DNA from: Amoebidium appalachense
Taxonomy: Eukaryota; Protista; Ichthyosporea
DNA: 64,000 nucleotides
NCBI GenBank assembly: GCA_963693365.1
Contig: CAVNZM010000017.1
Location: forward strand, 248,001 to 312,000
Direction of reading: 5' to 3'
Below the pieces are notes generated by a model. It was not told where the DNA came from, did not search any database, and saw only the letters and a program-made list of their open reading frames with translations. The position numbers and the translations under genes were made by a program. Within the stretch, counting starts at the first letter, position 1. Each line of letters opens with the position of its first letter. Shown here piece after piece: positions 47,570 to 64,000 of the stretch.

Positions 47570-47884
47570 TCATGAACTATGAATCCATGCGATGGAAGGT
47601 ACGCCCCCCGCCTTTGTGTCTCTTGCCTTCTTATAGTCCTTCTCTATCTTCTCCCTGCCCGTGGTCTTGTAGTCAAACCCACACGGGTGCTCTAGCCGGT
47701 GCTTGTCGCAGAACACGTTACCTGTGGGCACAGACTGAAGTTAGACGTGTGTGAACCTATTGTAATTGACTTGCTGATGATAATGATCAGTGCTGTCCAT
47801 ATATGATGCTAACTCCTGTTTTCACTAAATGTCTATTGGCCATACAAAGTGATAAGAAAAAAGTACCGACTTAACCCCCCAAAG

Positions 47885-47915
<31 letters not shown>

Positions 47916-48987
47916 AAACACCCTCAAAAACCCGCAACACACTCCACCAACAGCAGTAGGCAGGCAGCGCAGAGCACATTATCCCCCCCCCTCCCCCCAC
48001 CCCCCCCCACCCCCATCTCTCCCCTCCCCCTGCCTTCCTCAACCCCTCCCCCCCCCCCCCCCCCCACCCCCATCCCTCCTTCCCCAACCCTCCTCCTCCT
48101 CCTCCTCCTCCCGTTCCCCTCACCACGTTCCCCCTCCAACATTACTTACCGCACTTGCACTTATTTGTAGCACACTGCACCATGGTCAGCTTGGCCCTAC
48201 ACTCGGCACATCTATTCTTAGGCGCAGGGCTCCCAGACGTACTCCCAGGGGCAGAACCCACGTCGCTCAGCAGCGAGCCGGGGCTACCCCCAACACTCCC
48301 CACCTTAAACCCACTGTTTGGTATCGGCAGCGGTCCCGAACTGGCAATCGGTCGGGGGGATGACGTCGCAGTTATGGGTGTGGGTGCGGGCGCAGGGGCG
48401 GGGGTAGGTGTAGGGGTGGAGACGATGGGGGGTGGGGTTGATTTCATGTCCATTGATGAGGACTTGTGCTTGGCTGCAAGGGGAGAAGGCGGGTGTTAGA
48501 TGGGTGTTGAAAAAAAAAGAAGACGGAGACGGGTGGTGGAAACACGCTATGACTATCCACAGTCGAGGTTAAACAGACTAAACAGACAATAACAACAACT
48601 GTGTTGTTATGCTCTGGTACAAAACACAAATACCTCCCTGCTGCCTGTTGGGGTCGATTTGGTCACCGTCAACTTCGGTTTTGACGAAATCAGTTTATCC
48701 GCCCAAAAAGAACGACTTTCACATATCCTCAAAAAATTAGTAAATGTAAACCACCACGTATGTGACTCTGGAAGCAAGATTAGCTGACCACCAAACGGTC
48801 TTTCATCTTAAATTCGTGTGTCGTTCACACGATTGTTGTGGCAAACTAGGCAAACTACGTGTACGTGAAAGTTGGTGTTGGCGTCACACTCAAATCACAC
48901 GTCCAGGAAAAAGGCCTCAAAACTGTCCCATGAAACGGGCACATGTTCCATATGAGCAGATTAACAGGGGTTCCCAGTCGTTACAAA

Positions 48988-49028
<41 letters not shown>

Positions 49029-49255
49029 CACACCTTGGTAGCACTTGGAGCAGAGATTGTCGAACTGTGCCGACCTGCAGAATGCAACTGTCAGCATCCC
49101 TCAAAACCACATCTCTCTTCACCCCCCCCTTCCCCACCAAACATATACACACAAATACACTGCCATCTGTTGCATGGTCCTTCCCTCCCCATCCCCCCTT
49201 AACCCCAAATCCCAATCATCTCTTTCCCTCGTTCCTACCTGTCACTCTAGCCCCC

Positions 49256-49292
<37 letters not shown>

Positions 49293-49739
49293 CCATCACT
49301 CACACACGCACGGGCGTGCGCGCGCACACACACAGAGGCACACCAGATTTCTCTACCGCAAAGCAGTTACAGCAAGCCACTTATTGACACCTTGATTATG
49401 CGTGGTGATTCATCATATCCCACAAAGCAAACCGAAGAACGAAGCACGTGCAATATATGTAAAACACTTAGAGTTCGTATAGATGCTCGGGCAGAAATCG
49501 ACAATGAAGTGCAGGGCTGGAATCCTTCAAAAAACATGAGTGTGCGTGTTGCATAAGGAGAAAAAGGACTCCTGCAGCATTGATCTTGAGACAGGGTAGG
49601 GCAAGTAAGGACATGGTGTCTGTGTGTGTTTCGGTCTGTGAGAATGTGGACGTGCAAGTGCGCTGGGGAGGGAGAGAAAGAGAGAAAAGGACCGGGGGAG
49701 GGGGGGGGGGGAGGGAGGCGGGGAGAGGGGGGGGAGAGG

Positions 49740-49801
<62 letters not shown>

Positions 49802-49918
49802 AAGAGAGAGAGAAGTGTGTGTGTGTGTGTGTGTGTGTGTCTGTGTGAGGGGATGGACAGGGGCGCAATACCCGTAGAAGCCGCAAGAGCACCGAGGGGG
49901 GCCTGCATCGTCAGCCAT
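47570..49918 (-). CDS. A20/AN1 zinc-finger protein (ZFAND5/6- or SAP-like); exons 49918-49872, 49074-49034, 48473-48150, 47721-47570
   Basis: The spliced protein has the A20 finger PPRCSCGFYGSAQFDNLCSKCY, a Pro/Ser linker, and the AN1 finger KNRCAECRAKL...CKCGNVFCDKHRLEHPCGFDYK. Junctions are GT-AG and phase-consistent. Confidence 0.92.
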
Positions 49919-50566
49919 GTTGGGTCTGGGAACAAGGAGAAGGCTGTGGCAAAACGAATAAGAATTAAATTCAATTAAAGATATTATTTAAACTAACAAT
50001 CGAATCAAGCAAAACAACACTAAACACAAGCCTTATTTGAAGAGTGGCCAGACCAGTAAAAACGTCACCCAGCAAACAACGAAAGAGGGAGGAAAGAGTG
50101 GTTGTGGTCATCGTGCAGTACCGTTACCAACTACTGTATGGGTTTCCAGCAACAGAAGTACAGACCTCTTGTAAAGAAAGTGTATAGGCATAGTTTTTAA
50201 CATAGGTTGCAGCCTTTGTCCTTGCAAAGTCTTCCCCACCTCTGACAAGCAACATGCACCGGCTCAGGCGAATGCACAGGAAGATAACCGGCACGTATGC
50301 TATCACGTAGCAACCTTGCTTTCTTCTAAGGCTACGGCTTCCTAACAACCCTTTATGCTATCCAATAACAAAAATGGTAACAAGGTAACAAAAAAATGGT
50401 AACAAGGTAACAAAAAATATGTTAGAAGTATCACTCTACAAAGAGTAAACTTACACAGGCTTGTTCCCCGAAAAACGGATGCCACTTGTATCCCACAAGC
50501 TTTTATCATGCAGCTTGCTAATGCCACGAAAATCAAGCAAAAACACACTGCAAATGACACCGACTC

Positions 50567-50602
<36 letters not shown>

Positions 50603-51685
50603 GGATGAGAGTGAAGGGTGCTCCACAAGCCACACAGGTGTGCATTCCACGTACTCTTTTTAAAGGGAAGTTCAGAGTAACATTTCCCAACAAAACTCTC
50701 AAAAAAAGCGCTAAATTTCAGTTCAAGCAGCAAAAACCTCTATACTCTCTAGCCCTGTGCACTCGTCGTGTATCACAAACAGAAACACACCACTACCATA
50801 AGCCAAGCCAAGCCAGACGTTTAATCGAGACCCTTTCGCACTACTCACCTCTCTGAACTCTTGGTACGCAGAGGCTCACTGTGCCTAGCGCCGGCTGCTT
50901 ATTTTTTTCGGGCTTTCACCTATTTCCTGAAGAAACGTACTCGCTTTCTATGTTCCAGCAAGAAAACCCCTCTCTCTACTCAACGTACCCAACTACGAAA
51001 ATGTCCTTTCTAAATCACGTCAAAAAGGCAACAAACAAACTGATGATGAGAATGCAAGCTCGGTCGACAAACTTCAAAAAGAACGATAAGTCTCTCTATG
51101 TGGGATAATAAAAAGGAAGGGCAAAAAACGTAGTAGAAAGAACGAAAACAAAAGGCCCGAGGGAGAAACTAAACTGAGGAAGCGAGCAACCGGCCGGGCA
51201 GATGACTGAGACACCAGAGGAACAACGTACCTATATAAAAATGACATTAAACAGTTGATGTGTTTACAATTTATTTAGCAGAATCATAAAACTGACCAAA
51301 AACTAAGTAATGTTTTTGATTAGTGTAGGTAGTTTATGTGGCTGATATGTGGTCTCAACCCAATCGCCGTGATCGTGAGCACAGGCACTTGTGTCACGTC
51401 ACCACCCAACACTCATGCACGTGCATGTGCAAAAACACACACGCACGTGTTCTCTGTATATACACCAACCCTTTATGTATATAGCTTATAGTTACTATAT
51501 TGTTATTGAGAAACATAGTTCTATTTGGCTTAGTGTAATAGCACAAAGCACTGTTTCACGCACGCATTCTGAAGCTTTAACCTGACTTTTGAGCGTAACC
51601 GGAAACACGTTCTCATCTTTCATCTCTTTAACCGTTAACACAAATCGTGTCTGTCTCCTAGCAAAGACAAAGCAACACATATACA

Positions 51686-61928
<10,243 letters not shown>

Positions 61929-63353
61929 GAAAACAAAAGGGGGGCAGGGGAGAGGAAGGGAGGCCCGGGGGCGGCGGTGGGGAGGATTGTATTACAATAG
62001 TATCAGGTTTTTTTTTTTTTTTTTTTTTTGTTTTTTTTTTTCCCCCTCCCCTTCGGCTCCTTTCAGACTGGTGATACTACGATGTTCGATGTTATACAGT
62101 AGTATCTCAGTCACACATGCATGTCCGTGTAGGAATATTTTATAAAACAACAAAAAAAGTAGGAATATGGCTGATTCTGAAGGTATGTTCCTATGTACAC
62201 CACATGGTGCTGTATATGTCGATATGCTGTGTGATAAGTAGTCGATTGTTCGTTGATGTACTAATGATAATAAGTTGCAGAGGATTTGGAAGATATCAGT
62301 GGGGTATATGAATATGAAAATCCTGTATATACGAATGAGTCTTTACGGTTGTATTGAATTTTTTGATATACCTCTTACAGTGCATGGGTGTGTGACTGTG
62401 TCATGCCGACGTTTGAGTTCTCAAATAAAAGGTACTAAAGTCTCGATAATGCAGCAATTGAAACACGTGTAGGGGCGTGTGTGGGCACGTGAACCGAGGG
62501 ATGCACTTGTGTGTGTGCATATATTGCATGCGCAGCGCTGATGTATTGCTCGGCCTCCGGTTAATTGATTTTCTCCTGGTGGGACTCGCCAGGGTGGGTT
62601 TGGGCCACCGAGGGATGGGGAGAGGGCCGGGTGTGTTGGGGGGCTGGGGAGGTGGGGTGGGGTGAAGGGCGTGTGTGTGTGTGTGTGTTGTGGCGAAGGG
62701 TGGGCGGGTGGGTGTGGGGGGGAGGGGGGAGGTGGGGGGGGGAGGGGCCGGCCGGGGCTAATTTTGGCGCCAAATTCGGCGGGGTACATAATAGCCACAT
62801 ATGGTTGTGTAATCGACGAGTTGATTGGCCAGTGCTTGTCGTTGCCTGTCATGATATGAAAAGGGGCGCAACGTTGCAACAGACACCTTTGGTTACGGCC
62901 CTCTGGATTCCTGGAACACCCGGCCGTACACAACAAGGCCTCCTATATACTAACAGTACACACCCATCGATATCTGTTCTACTCAAGCCCATCTTCTCGC
63001 TGCAATCATAAGAAGACATTCTTGCCAACATCAAACACCGGCTTTGTCAACCCAACGGCCTGGATCCCCCCTCCTTCCCTCCCCTTCTCCCCCCCCCCCC
63101 CCCCCCCCCCCCCTCTCCCCCTCCCCCCCCCCCCCTCCCCCCCCCCCCTCCCCCCCCTCCCAACCTTCCCCACCCCCTCCCACCCCGCCCGGCAGATCCA
63201 CTACTTTCTATTCTTTGCGCAACCCACCACATCTCCTCTTTCCTCTGCTCCTCCGTTTCACACCAGAACTTACTCACAGTCTGTCATTGACACCACACCC
63301 CTCCATCCAAGCCTTCTCCTTCACAACTGCTGTTCCCATAACTGTCTGTCATC

Positions 63354-63693
63354 ATGGCCGACATGGACGACCTTCCACCACCCCTGGAGGGTTCGGAGGA
63401 TGAGGATGCACCTCTAATCCACACGATTAATGGTACGTTGTCTCACCTGCCTTTCACCACCTATTCACAGAGCTGTTCTCTGAGATCCAACATTGAAAGG
63501 GAATTTAACAGTTCCACGAAAACCTTTCCCGGTGGAATCGTTCCCAGCACCCACCCTCTCCGCAGTTTCGCTATCTGTGTACACACTTGTGGTATTCTTT
63601 CTGAGGCGCCCAAAAGCAACCCCCCCCCCCCCCCCCCCCCTCCCCCCCCCCCCCTCCCTCCCTCCCTTCCCCCCTCCCTCCTTCCCTCGCTCG

Positions 63694-63764
<71 letters not shown>

Positions 63765-63980
63765 GCACACACACTGATGTTGTCACGCTGTTGCACCCAC
63801 AGGCCATCAACAATCACACCCACCACCCATGCCCTTTGAGCCCTTTAACCCATCTCCCGCGGACCATCCGAACATGCTTGCACAGTTGCAGCAGCTGCAG
63901 TCGATGTACATAGACATGTTGTTGGCAGAACACAACAACCAGCAGATGGCTCAAAGTGCAAATGCACAACAGGGAATGGG
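63354..63980 (+). CDS. Possible 5' exons of an unidentified gene running off the window (MADMDDLPPPLEGSEDEDAPLIHTIN...)
   Basis: ATG in context tcATGG, donor-like GTACGT at 63433, and an exon-like block at 63886-63980. A phase-consistent model could not be built. Confidence 0.3.
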
Positions 63981-64000
63981 TAACCCCCCCCCCCCCCCCC

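Noticed and set aside
48633-48710. Possible extra exon in the AN1 gene
   Set aside because: No AG acceptor gives an open, phase-compatible frame, and the flanking exons already join in phase.

Overview
Intron-rich eukaryotic genomic DNA saturated with (CA/GT)n, (CT/GA)n and poly-C/G tracts, so most ORF-track entries are microsatellite artefacts. The organism is most likely a unicellular opisthokont/holozoan (inference only). Manual splicing gives these genes: an 11-exon HPRT (+, 622-8444); a TMEM53/DUF829 hydrolase-fold gene (-, 12128-18999); an intronless bacterial-type PLP-dependent decarboxylase (+, 19745-21133); an intronless stand-alone IkappaB-like ankyrin gene resembling the C-terminal half of NF-kappaB p100/p105 (+, 25771-27084), with an overlapping STAT-GAS/kappaB motif upstream; a CNNM/DUF21-CBS gene (-, 29493 to at least 36365); an A20/AN1 zinc-finger gene (-, 47570-49918); and a Net1/Dnt1-like charged protein gene (+, 51686-61928). 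Mobile DNA includes a decayed DIRS-type retrotransposon (RT-RNaseH-methyltransferase) split by a tRNA-derived SINE with a 15-bp TSD. There is also a dispersed repeat family that ends at poly-C tracts and carries a degenerate hammerhead-ribozyme-like motif. Intron ends are unusual: many 3' splice sites sit directly after (CA)n, and several splice sites are embedded in minisatellites. A few single-base frameshifts fall in homopolymers and are probably assembly errors.
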